A stretch of 64,000 bases of DNA, from positions 62,001 to 126,000 of the forward strand of contig NW_018403833.1 of assembly GCF_002113885.1 (NCBI RefSeq), given 5' to 3'. The notes beneath the pieces are model-generated. The model had not been told where the DNA came from and did no database searches. It saw only the letters and a program-made list of their open reading frames with translations. Shown piece by piece: positions 27,241 to 39,539 of this stretch. This DNA comes from Mizuhopecten yessoensis. Taxonomy: Eukaryota. A program made the position numbers and the translations under genes. How positions within the stretch are numbered: the stretch's first letter is position 1; every line of letters starts with the position of its first letter.

Positions 27241-29017
27241 CTGTATAAACATATAAGATATACATATTTACTTCCGGTTGTGTAAGTAACTTCCGGTTTA
27301 AGCGACATATGCCTCTTCTTGATAAGAAGACAGTATTACGAAATATTTGGATGACGTAATGTTAAATACATTTAGGAACAAACACATATTTTGTAATAAT
27401 TCAGAAAAGACTTATCTGAAAACCAAGGAAAAGATTTCTTTGCACACTGAACTATTGCACGGATCTGATATTCAACAATTTCTATATGTAGTACCTTCTT
27501 CCCCATATTTTGGGCATTTTGTTATACTGAAATAACTAATCACGAAAGTTTTTGTTTCGTCATATTAACTGACGACACTTTAATGTTGGCATTTTATCTC
27601 ATTTGGTTCCCAATTCACTATCTGGAATATCAACATTTCAAATTTTGAATGAGCTATATCACTTTTTCAAACTAGTGATATTATTTTAAATGAGATATAT
27701 CAACAAAGGTATCAAAGAAATAAAACAACGCTTCATGCTGTACATAACTACATATATGTATACATATAATTATATTAGTTTTATTATGATTGTATTTGAT
27801 TTTCATCTTTTGCATTTTATTTTTTAATTACTGGCCTTATACTATCTGCATGGATTTCATATTTAAATCGTTTATATTTTTAATATCAGTTACTGGCCTT
27901 GTTTTATTTCTATCTTGTAAAGAGTATGTTTGACTGTGGTCAACGTTGTATACAGATTTAACCTAACTGTGTTCAATAACATGTCACAAAAATGACGTCA
28001 ACATTTGTCGTAATATTATTAATACAATTTAAACATCCCAATCGTGTTTTCCCCAAAACTAGTAAATCATTAATTTACATATTTACTAATGTACTAGTAA
28101 TTTACTGATAATGATTTTATGTACAAATTTTTACTAATACCGTTCTGTCAACAAGCTTGGGCTGATTTCGCACTACCATGTAATACATAGTGCATACAGT
28201 TTAAACAGACTGCATTTGATAAAAGTTCAGCTTATATTTAATTCTTGTTTCATCTAATCTGTTTTGTAAAAATAACTTTAAAATGTATGTTTTGGTAGCT
28301 TTAAACGATAATAACATTTTTACAAGAAAATTTGGCAGCAATTAGCATACTTGTTGGTGTAATGTCGGTCAGATTTAACTTCCGTAATATTTTTTTACGC
28401 AAATTAAAGGAATTCCTTTTTATCAGACTTTACTTTTGCTCGGCGGGTTAAAATTTATTACATAAGATTGTTACGTTATACATAAAAAAAAACTGCCCAG
28501 TATTTTGTAAAAACACGTTAAGATGTCTTTTATAACAAAAATGTAATAAGGTCACATCAGTTAAAACGTCACCAAAGCTTGCATACCTTTTTTTTAAGTT
28601 TCACGATGGTATATGTACGTATCTGTATGTTCATATACATACTATCGTTTGTTTGTTTGTTTATTTTTTAACTACAAGTAAACCTTGTCCTAAACGAGTC
28701 TGTCCTACCTCGATATGAAACCCTTAATCATTTCTCTTGTACTATACACCTTGTTTTCATTATGTACTTATTATATACATGTATATAAATGACCTTGACA
28801 TAAAGGTAGCAACCTTGACCTTGGTCAACGCGTAGTTACCTTCCCCTGTAATTGCTTGTACGAGGGGCCACTTCCTCGAGCCTAACAATTCAAGAGATAA
28901 TACAACAGAGATTATCGGCTGCATTGAGTTCATCGATTTCAGTCAGGTGATAAACACCGACGCAAGTGTATACAGCTGTACGCATGCGTTAACGGAAGTA
29001 AGGTATAGTTTTCTTAC

Positions 29018-29201
29018 CGAGTCCGGGAAAGGCGAAGTTCGACACACAGCAGACGATGGCCACAGGTTTGGGGAGGGCAGCCACGGCCATCGTATGTGTT
29101 GGAGTTGTGTCGCCGATGATGGAGCCATGTCTGTGCGTCCTATCAGTATGAACACTTCCGGTCCTTGTGGGTCCTTCCGGTATCACACTTCCGGTTTGCA
29201 T
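29018..29201 (-). CDS. SPEC3/stum-family paralog 3, exon 1 (model 29201-29018, 27240-27055, 25104-24860; ~204 aa)
   Basis: VAALPKPVAIVCCVSNFAFPGLG followed by a GTAAG donor, phase 1. The start ATG at 29201 is the most upstream in-frame ATG and is uncertain. Confidence 0.8.
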
Positions 29202-29332
29202 AATCACAGTTTTGTTAAGAATCAAACTGATTATACGACCAGGTTATACAGAATATACGTATGGTAACGATACACGTTTCGTTTTTCAGAAATTATCATA
29301 TCCGCAAGCTTTAGCACTGTGCAACAAATCGC

Positions 29333-29339
29333 TTTTATA
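29333..29339 (-). promoter_or_regulatory. Candidate TATA box of stum-like paralog 3
   Basis: TATAAAA on the minus strand ~135 bp upstream of ATG 29201. Supported by position only. Confidence 0.3.
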
Positions 29340-31413
29340 ACTAATCCGCCATACACACAATTCCACATACTGATGCACCATTGTCACCGTTTAGGAATTT
29401 GTTTACACCTTGTCAAAATAAAGTACGTTCGTTGACGTAGAAAATACATACTCGAAAGAGTGTTGACAAATAGGGTTTCCATTGAAACTTAATCTGTTTC
29501 CAGACTCTAGTTACAGGTAACGAAATGGTTGTGCAGTTCACCGAATTCCGCTGATGTGTTTCATTCAGAAAGAGGGTCCCGGTGTTGTTTCCCGACTGTC
29601 CTGTACATGTAGATACACAATTTTACTAATAAGCTAATTTGCTGTGTGGATGATAAGCTCTCGATGACAAAGTTTCCATACTATTTCTAACCTTTAGTAC
29701 AATGCAATAAACAAGGGTCGAAGTTTTAACATGTACGAACTAATAACCGCCCTACATGTGTACTGTATAACACTGAGTTGTAATTCCAAGTTCTTAATTT
29801 AAAGTACGTACAAAACAGTGTGTATACACATGTGTTCTGTTTACCGTAAGTCCGCGTATGTGTGAAATACGTTTGACCATTTAAATTTCTAAATAAATAA
29901 CCGTCATAATATTTTCCAACAAGCTTTATTACCTTTCACTGAATACGATGTAGTACAAATTAATAAATATCATACCCATGCCACGTTTAAACATGTATTT
30001 ACTATACACATTAATTATATATATAAAGCATTACAATATGGGTCAAAGAAGTAATATAGACGGTAAAAGCCCATATAACACTGGATCCTAATGGAGGTAT
30101 GTCAGCATTGCAATATGTATATATGTACATAAAATTTTGGACGATTCAATGACCGATATCGCCAGCAGTGCGAAGGTTTATAACAAAAAACGGGTTACTT
30201 CCCCTGACAACGAGTAAACAATTCAAAACAAACATTTAAACTCCATTGTATATGTTAACAGTCGGGCCGGCTTAAATAGCTGACATAAATACTCCTGCAG
30301 GTTATATAGGTAAACTTAGGCTTTACCTCAAGGATTGTGGGCCGGCTACATTTCATTAATTTAGCTATTTTATAACTATCTATTTTTAGGATTAATAGTT
30401 ATAAATGTAAGTTACTGGCAGTCAAGAGCAATGGTATTGATTTAAACATATTTATTGCCCCAAATTTGAGCAGAGGATTAGGCGCAAGTTGTATCAACTT
30501 ATCAACGCCTTTTCCTCTAATACAGTACATATTGATATGTACATGATAGCATCTAACAAGGCATACAAACTATATTTTACAATTATTATATTTTACTTAA
30601 AATCTGTTGCTGGATTTGATGAAAAGTTGCACGTGTCTGAATATAATCTGTATTGGTATCTACGGACAGATTTTCATTCCCAAATAGAAATAAAAATAAA
30701 TTTACTGGATATATATTCAACGAGTTTATGTTTCGAAACAGCGTAATTCGTGCTGTATTAAAAAGTTTCCATTCTAAGAATGACCCTCACAAACATCCTC
30801 ACAACAATGTAACACCCGATATTTCATTAAACACCAGCTTAGCTTGTTTTAGTGGATAACGCAATGCATAATATTTTATATTCTATTGTATTGCACATAG
30901 ATTGACTTTCGTTTGTCTTTCTTTAGCATTACTTTCAGGTTCCTCGAAATATTAGCTGAATGAAATATGGAAATTTGGAATTCGGGCTGTGTCCTGCAAC
31001 TGTATACAGGGTCCAAGGTGTTCGTTCTATGTGTGGATACGGGAAGAACCAAAGAGAGAAGTATGGTGGTTTGAGGACACGGAGGTCTCGCAATTGAAGT
31101 TGAAAATAAACAGTTTTAGAATGCTAGGACCCCGGTATTGCTCCAATTAATTGAAACATTTTAATTTCGAAAATACTATGCAGCTTTCCTTTCAGATGTT
31201 AAAATGTTTCCGACATAAACAGGACAGAAACCGAATTGACTCGATTAATGCTGTAATTTTGTTTATCGTGAACATATGATTAATTTAGAATACTAAATAA
31301 TATGCGAAAGGGCTAACGCTATTTCAATACCGACATCATCATAAATGAAAGATTTTTTGTCTAAACATTTTCTTCGGGTTTGGTATAAGTATGGATTATG
31401 AGAAGACCTTTTT

Positions 31414-31557
31414 CACAACCAATAACAATTTCTATGTGACGTTTCGATGACTAGTACGATCTGTACACTGTCACCTTCATCAGACAAATGATTCAGGTGA
31501 CAGTGTACATATCGTACTAGTCATCAAAACGTCACATAGAACATTTGATTGGTTGTG
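31414..31557 (-). mobile_element. Inverted-repeat remnant of a Penelope-like element carrying a minimal hammerhead ribozyme motif
   Basis: Minus strand reads TGT-CTGATGA-A-GGTGAC...GTCATC-GAAACGTC-ACA; an inverted, decayed second arm lies at 31496-31557. Confidence 0.55.
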
Positions 31558-32059
31558 TCAAAATGAAAGTATTTAAGTGATTTCTGCAGCAATTTAGTTT
31601 CTGGGTAACGAAACACGAAGCCGAAACACACTGTTTAGATAATACACATGTATGAATTGCTCAGTTCCTACAATACCGGGCCCGCGACCGTAATGATGAT
31701 AAAGAGATCTAATCTGAATATATATAGTAACAGAATAAACGTGACCGTATTACATTCAAGGTCACGGCCGTAATATTCTGTACCTGATACAGGTATGTGA
31801 AACAAATTCCAACTGCAGCGAAATAGCGACCATGTTTTGTAATCAAAGTTGCGATTGTATTTCCACTTATTAACATACCTGTAGATATAGAGTATAGCGC
31901 CCGGAGTTCCTATACTTACAAACAGCTAAGCGTTATGAAGCAAACCCCCTTGATAAGAATTCTTCAGTCCTCGGAGAAAACAAGCGGATCATTACCTTGT
32001 AAATTATGTGTTATGTTATGTTGATTTTAATATATTAAGAGAACATGACATGACATACT

Positions 32060-32310
32060 CAAACATTACTTTACTCAAAGAATAATTGATATCTGGAACA
32101 GTCTCCCACAAGATGTTATTTCATCTTGTAAAGTATTTGACTTTGAGAAAAACTTCTGGAAAGATCTTAAGTTGAAGTATGATCATACAGCGTCTTATTA
32201 TAGACTTATTTTATGTTTACCACAATGTACATATTTCAAACTATATTGATGTGGATATAGAGGCAGCAATGCGTGTGACCACTAATATTCTATTAAATCC
32301 TATTAAAATT
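32060..32310 (+). mobile_element. CR1-type LINE 3' fragment
   Basis: Translates KHYFTQRIIDIWNSLPQDVISSCKVFDFEK, a typical CR1 RT C-terminus, followed by a tail-like repeat. Confidence 0.65.
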
Positions 32311-32553
32311 TACACTTTACAAATGTCTAAATGATGTTTTAAGCATTTCCTTATACAGACGACCACGTGGTCGAACAGTGATTAATCTGACCCGTTTCAA
32401 AATTTTCAGATTTTCATAACAAAAACACTTTGAAGTTTGTTAGTTTCATTTAAATCATAGGCAAACTACAGTAGTATGCATGCTGAATACACATCGTGTT
32501 TACATTAAATATTGTGATGGACTTCAGCCCCGACTTATAAGCATGGTGAATCT

Positions 32554-32726
32554 TCATCTGCGGCCAATCTCGTTGCCACTGGAATCGGTCAGCCAGGCGA
32601 CATACATACGATACACGTCCGGCGATGTCATTGGCCCGACTGGGAACCCTATCTCGTCAAGTTTGGACAGAGCCCAATTCAAGTCCTGACCGTCCTGGAG
32701 CGCAGCAGCGAGGACCGTGAGGTAGG
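32554..32726 (-). CDS. Tandem DUF442/Blh-like paralog C, terminal exon 3 (no KDEL)
   Basis: CGTCAG acceptor. AYLTVLAAALQDGQDLNWALSKLDEIGFPVGPMTSPDVYRMYVAWLTDSSGNEIGRR-TGA is homologous to 21519-21694. Confidence 0.87.
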
Positions 32727-33058
32727 CTGACGATCAAAGACAAAGCAACACTAAGTTACAATGAGAGTAAAGCCAATGTAAAGACGCGGAGTGACTATGG
32801 TGTTAGTACTGTTATACTTATTTTAGAGCAGTCAAAGTTTAGCGAACGAACGAGTTTTGACAGATAAGCGCTTTGATAAATTGGCGAAACAACAACATAT
32901 TCAATAGAGAAAAGTATACAGAAAGTTCCACTTCTAAAGTGGAAAAAACGCTTACATAAGACTTCCTCTTAAATATTACTTTTACAGTAATTTACAGTAA
33001 ATGTATGCTATTTTAACCACCTGGACATCTTCTCTGGATTTTTTTTATTATATATCAC

Positions 33059-33172
33059 CTGCACGCCTTGAGTCGGAGCAGTGTACGAGGACTGGTTCTC
33101 CTGTTTCTCCGATCTCCAGAAATTTGTCTTTAAACTCGGAAAACAACTCCCTGCTGTACTGGCGACCATTGT
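33059..33172 (-). CDS. Tandem DUF442/Blh-like paralog C, exon 2 (PVLVHCSDSRRA)
   Basis: 114 bp, phase 1/1, TTTTATAG acceptor and GTGAT donor. Translates DNGRQYSRELFSEFKDKFLEIGETGEPVLVHCSDSRRA. Confidence 0.88.
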
Positions 33173-33844
33173 CTATAAAAGACAGATTAAAGATGATTAA
33201 TGTTTTTAGCAACGATTTAATGTCAATACATTGTTACAATACGGATGGTTGAGTCACAGTTTAAAACATCGGTCATGATTGGATCAACAGAAATGACCAA
33301 AATCATTCGTGGTGATGCGTCTTGCAAATTTGATGGCAGCCTTCTTTTCCTACTCTTGAGGAACCATGAGGACACAATAAGTTTTTTCCATTGCAATACT
33401 TGGGACATTTGTCTTATTCCCTCACTCTCCTTGACGTGGTGTTGTTCTTAATCTCCGCGTCATATGACGTTTTCGTTATTTGTGGAAATGACGTAGATCC
33501 CAAATACGAGATACATCAAGAAATGCTATGCATGTCATATTATATTTATATTCGTCCATAATTATTGGACGACTATTTTCAACGCACACAAAAAGGGAAA
33601 AAGCCGTAACATAATTCAAAATCGACTCAAAAACACACAGGAACTGGGCAGACCTCAAAACAAAAAGGAAGGCAGCAACAGTAACTGTGGAGACACAAAA
33701 ACAAAAGTAAATACAACAACAGGAACGAAGGAGACACCAAAACAAAACGAAAGGCGTCATGATCATAACCTCCTTAGCAATTCTAAAACTTACTAGACAC
33801 CAAGGTTTCCTAGTTGAAATGTGAACAGCAAGGACACAACTTAC

Positions 33845-34910
33845 CTAGAGGGAGATGATGGTATGTCAAACCAGCCTTCTCCACAGCAACTTGCTCCAGT
33901 CCCTCATTGTATCCGACACCGTCTCCAAACTCAAGGGAGTTCCGCTGCTCGTAGTTCACGGAAGACGTAGCCGAAATATAAGTGGTCGCTTTGTCAAGGT
34001 CAATTCGAGTTCTTACTAGCGTATCCGGTGATTGACGTGGCCCGATAGTGGCATTTCCGTACGTGGGCGTTCCGTCTACGATGTTCAGCAGTGTCACAGT
34101 TTCCTGTGAGGGTTGGTTGTGTGTCGAGGTACCTAAACGTAGGTTGATCACGTGTTTGAAACCGGTGCCGACAATAGCAGGTATGTGTGTGGAAAGAATT
34201 TGTCCTCCAACAAACCAACTTTTGTAAACGAAATGAACCAACCAATAGTTTGACCATTCAACCGGATATGCAGTGGTGTTCGGAAACACTTTCGGTAGAG
34301 GACTTCCGGTGATTTTTGACACGACTTCCGAAGTGTTATTTGCTGTAAAGTCTAGTCCCAAAGATGCAGTAACTTCGTAGAAGACATCACTCGTAATACG
34401 AGGCCGGAAGTTAGGATCAACTCTTGTCTGGTTCGCCATATACATTAATGTTGCAAATGTTATTGTATGCGCACGATGACAATGCATTAGAATAGGTTTC
34501 TCCATTTCGGCAATGGCAGATGTCAGTTTCTGTACAGTACTTACTTTATACCAATCATCCTCGGAATCAAGTATAGCTCTAAAACCCATATTTACAGCAT
34601 ATGCCATCGTCTTTGCCCCATCTGTCGTCGTGAACGTTTCCAGCCCCAAATTTCCTGGGGAATTGAACCGGAAGAGCGTAATGATGCTTCTGAAACCTCC
34701 CTCGGACGCATATTTTATTTGCCTTTCCGTAAGTCGTCCGGTCAAGTACAGGTCAGGAGACATCTTCCGGATCCACCAAAGTTTCTGGAGAGAATTCGGA
34801 TTTACACGGTCCGGAAAAACATCACGGAACAGAAACCGTTTCTGATGAGCTGCGTTACAGGCGTAAATAACAGTACAAATAAGAACTATTCGAAACTGTA
34901 CGGTGGCCAT
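33845..34910 (-). CDS. Tandem DUF442/Blh-like paralog C, exon 1 (model 34910-33845, 33172-33059, 32726-32554; 450 aa, predicted secreted)
   Basis: Signal-peptide-like MATVQFRIVLICTVIYACNA; TGRLTERQIKYASEGGF, PILMHCHRA and GFKHVINLR; several N-X-S/T sequons; phase-1 GTAAGT donor at the same position as in exons 1A and 1B. Confidence 0.88.
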
Positions 34911-35250
34911 TTTCGACGAGAATCGGCAGCGACAGTAATTTAGCTAGCTTGACCTTAAGATAGTAGGCTTGTCTTATCGCCGCTGCACAAACTACTGTTA
35001 TGACACGCCATAAGTCGTTTGGCTAAACAAAACCCGTTGGAAAATGATAATACAGGAGTATGTATCAATCAATAGAAATTTGGAGGAAATATTATGAATT
35101 GCATTATAAGACGCTTACTTCTAGCCGTATACACCACCTGCATTGATACTACCTGACGTTTGTATGATTGCGTATGCGTGTGTATGCAATTAGGTGCGTG
35201 TGTATGGGTAGGTGTGCGTGTGTGTGTACTGGATATGTACATATGCAATA

Positions 35251-35368
35251 CCACACACTTGTGTTTTTCTAACGAATCAGAAAGCATTCATTTATTGCGC
35301 GGACGAATATATACGTCCGCGCAATACATGAGTGCTTTCTAATTCGTTAGAAAAACACAACTGTGTGG
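35251..35368. repeat. Palindromic (fold-back) element, ~55-bp arms
   Basis: CCACACACTTGTGTTTTTCTAACGAAT...GCGCGGACG / CGTCCGCGC...ATTCGTTAGAAAAACACAACTGTGTGG. Confidence 0.8.
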
Positions 35369-36394
35369 TCTTGATTTTATCACATACCTTCCCTATTCGG
35401 TAGAGATCGATACAAAGATTTTATGAACCTTGATAATTTTTGCAAATACCGGGAACTTTTCAGTTCGCCATGACAAGGGGATTCCCATAAAAAGTAGTTC
35501 CTGCTAGTAGGTAAATACAACATTCCGTATTACACATGTGCAATACAGAACGCTATATTCATGGTCTGAAAAATGCTTGTATTACTACATTCTTGTATAA
35601 CAGGATTCAACAGGTATGTGATAAAGTTTGTTCTTTCGGTGGTACCGTGCTTCCAACACCATCATTTTCTAATAACTAACGCTTGTAGCTACAGCACAGA
35701 CGCTGCAACACCATTCCCAGACCATTTTTAATACTCCGTCCTGGGTTGTTCAGAGCTGGGTAAGCATGAAAATAAACACTCTTATCGTATTTTTTGAGTA
35801 TCAAAAATAACTATCACCAATAAAACTCATATCAGTGCAATAATGCATAGTTTATTATACCAATGTATAACATGAATGAAGTAGACAGATCATAACAATA
35901 GTATGACTCAGAATAATGCGGGCGAGAAACATCATTAACAAGTTTGCATTTTTATACTTACAGTAATTTGAACACGTGGTTTGTATTTAAATATGAAATA
36001 AAATTAAATATCTCCACAACCGTATTAGTTCGACCATCTTCTCAAAATTCGTTTTGTCTTTTAATACATACATGCATACCTTGCCTTCATACTCCTTTCT
36101 TTTATAATGCATTTCTGCGCTTGTTTACTTTCGTATGATTCACCCTCACTCTTTATTCATTCTTTCATTCATAAACCATGTATCAGAATTTGTAATTGAT
36201 TAATAATACAGATAGGTGTTCTCTAATATTTAGAAAATGCACATGTCACCATGTCGCTTGGCAACATAAGACATTAGCTAACAAATGATCTATTTGCACA
36301 AGGTCTGGTTAGCTTAACAGTATCATAAGATAGTTCTTTTATTTAGTTTGTGTTAAAAAAAAATTATTGACATTCAAAACTAAAATAACACAAA

Positions 36395-36775
36395 CATATT
36401 ACCCCTTGGGTTGAGACTTTTCTGTCTTACCCCCAAGATGGGGTAAAATCGTATCATTCTCACTCATTCGAAAGAGATATCCACACTTCCACTCAGGGAA
36501 ATATATATCTGGCTTATCCTACACTCAACGATAGCTTATCACGGCAGATAACTCTGATACGCTGATAATTATGAAATAAACGTTTGCATTCCGTGAAATT
36601 ACCACTTATTTGGGAGAAAAACAATAATTCCCACATTAGGAGTAAGACAGAAAAAGCTCAACCCACGCGGTAAGATTTTTTAAATAACTAACCCTCGGCA
36701 AAGCTTCGGGCTAGACATTTAAGGATCTTACTCTTCCGGTTGATATTTTTCTGTCTTACCACCATGGTGATGAAA
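36395..36775. mobile_element. MITE-like element with internal inverted and direct subrepeats
   Basis: GGGTTGAGACTTTTCTGTCTTAC (36408) is inverted at GTAAGACAGAAAAAGCTCAACCC (36641) and repeated near 36738. Confidence 0.5.
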
Positions 36776-37243
36776 AATATTAATAAATTCAACATGGGTG
36801 CTTCACATGGAACGCGTCTTTCCACCATAGCGACCGAGATTGGAGAAAAAAACTTTGAACTAAATTAAAGCATTTTCCAATATGTGTGAACACCTCGTTA
36901 AGCTTAAACAGTTTTTAAACAAACTCGGTCCCATTTTCCTATTAAGGATCATGTAACCAAAAATAAAATGGAAATTACGATGCCGACAATTAAAGCGAGG
37001 CTATCGTGTCTTATGTAAAAAAAAATCAAAGACATGCATAACGATTTTCCATACTCGAAAAACAACCCTTTTGCTATCATTGTGCATGTTTATGCCAAGC
37101 AAGTTTTCATTTGCTTGTTGTTAACCTTAACGACTGAATCTGGCAAAAACAAAATCAAAAGAAAAAACAAATGCACAACTCAACCCACATATATCAAGTT
37201 ATTCAACCAAATAATCTTAGTCTTAAACATACCGAGCAGAACT

Positions 37244-37432
37244 ATTCCGTCTTTTCGTATTGCAGGGGTTATCTGCTCTTGTGAGCAGGTATTGAGTGTT
37301 ACGTCATTAGTATGTGTGAGAAAATTACGTCATTTTCTCAAAAATGTATGACGTTACTCTCACAAACAAATGACGTAACAATCAATACCTGCTCACAAGA
37401 GCAGATAACTCTGCAATACGAAAAGACGGAAT
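37244..37432. repeat. Palindromic MITE-like element, ~85-bp arms
   Basis: ATTCCGTCTTTTCGTATTGCAGGGGTTATCTGCTCTTGTGAGCAGGTATTGA...TCAATACCTGCTCACAAGAGCAGATAACTCTGCAATACGAAAAGACGGAAT. Confidence 0.85.
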
Positions 37433-38524
37433 TTTGATACATGCGTTTTTGGTTGAACATATCATTTATAATCAATATACATGTATAAAGATATAAAATG
37501 CACCGATATTCTTTTTATACGAAAACAAGCTGAAAGGCTATACATATAATGTAAGTTAAAATACACTATTGTAGTTTGTAATTTGAACTTATTTTTTTTG
37601 TTGAAACTGTTATGGAATTGAAAACTTTTTTTTCATTTAAGATTAACTTGAGAGAGTTAGTATCAACAATTACAATATGTATATTTCAGGAGTTGGAATA
37701 TTGAAAGACAAATGTAATCATCATCCTTAAATCAGTGTCATCTATGTCGTTTTAACTGAGTGAATACAATGTACTGTGATGTTTTTATAATTATATACCT
37801 AGAATAGTTATATATATTTATAATTTATCCCCTGTAAAACATTAATAATTCCGCACTGCTGTTCAAATCGTTATATTTACATTTCCAGGGCAAGTTCCTC
37901 TATGACCAATACCGTCACACATTGCGTTAATGGGGCTATGAACGAAATCGGATCAGAATCTTTTCAAAGCTTCTCCTTCCCTCTCAAATAATATGAGACA
38001 ACTGCTAGAAGCAAACATTTTGATGACGTTATACTTTTCCAGGAATCCCGTTTGCGCTGACTACATAAACACTTCAATATCGGAAATATAAGGGACTATC
38101 TGTATTCAGGTCGATAATAGGTAACAAATAACAATGTAAATATAAGGATTGAACAGCATTTTTTCAATGTTCATGCCCGTATGAACGCAAATCGATTACA
38201 TACATATTTATCATGAAGCCCACTAGATCCAGTGAACCGGAACAAAAATGTCGGGCAAAACGAGGCGGAGAAGGGAAGTATAGTGTCAGGTAACCAGTAA
38301 AATGGCATTACACGACAGTAAATATTGGGAACTGCTTTTTGAACGTCAAAAAGGTAGGTACCAAAAACTGTCGAATTACAGTTAATAATCACTGACAATG
38401 ATGTTATTTACATATGTTTTATGTGACATAGGTGATTATACGGCTTTATAACTTGTCAGACGTTACTTGCATAGGGAATGTAGACTTTTGAATTTTAAAC
38501 ACAAAGCGATCTCACAATATTGTC

Positions 38525-38949
38525 TCATGTTGGCGAATATGGCGGAGGTGGCTCCATTGGTGCCGATGGCTCAACTCTATGTTCCGAGTAGGGAGGAGCC
38601 TGGGGTGGAGCTTGAGGGGCCATCTTTGGATTGGGCTCTGGAGGAGGAAACCCAACCGGCGGTTGATATGGTTGACCCGGCTGTTGATATGGTTGAGCCG
38701 GTGGTTGGTAGGGTTGAGCCGGCGGCTGGTAGGGTTGAGCCGGTGGCTGGTAGGGTTGAGGCTGGCTGTAGGGTGGTTGTTGACCCTGTTGGTATCCGAC
38801 AGGTGCTGGTTGATATGGGTACGTCTGATTAGGCGGAACGCCCGACTGTCCCGGGGTTCCATATTGGTTACCAGGAATTACCTGTTGCTGCGGATTGACC
38901 GGATATGTCGCCGTATCACCATGTGCTGGGTTGTCATGGTAATACTCAG
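38525..38949 (-). CDS. SPEC3/stum-family paralog 2, exon 3 (P/Q/Y-rich tail with QPYQPPA repeats, PSAP and PPPY)
   Basis: TTTCAG acceptor, phase 1. Translates SEYYHDNP...QPYQPPAQPYQPPA...EPSAPMEPPPPYSPT-stop. Confidence 0.85.
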
Positions 38950-39539
38950 CTGAAATAAGAAGTAAACTCAATTATTTTAATTTTAAGATCTAAGGGCAGT
39001 ATCATAGTGTATCTCGTTTTGATACTTTAAAATTCCATTTTAACACAGCAGGGGTTAAGAAAAGGTATATTTCAAAACTATATAACTACGCTGTGGAAAT
39101 GTTAATCTTGTGTGGTCATAGCATTGGGTTTTTTTCAAATTTTACACTATAATCACTTTCGAGATCGGGGGGGGGGGGGGGGGGGGGTTCTCTCTCGATA
39201 TGCGTGGGTTTTTGACTTTTTGTTTATCGGAGGTTCGAGGTCAGCCATTTGATTTGGTCCAGACAAGAACTGACCAAAGGCAAGACAGTGGTACCTCTAC
39301 TTTGAAGGTTATTCAAGAGCTATTCCGAAATCATAACGTTTAATTTAGCATTCGCGTAGCCCCGCGAAAGAAATCACAGATATGCAGGATTCTGTAAAGT
39401 GGCGCATACAAGGACGTTGATTCTGATACGTAAACAAACATTCCAGGGGCGCAGACTATGCGATATGATAAATGCTAAAATGATATTATTTAATTTCTAA
39501 ACATTGACCTTGACGCCAAGACTCGAGCTTGATACTTAC

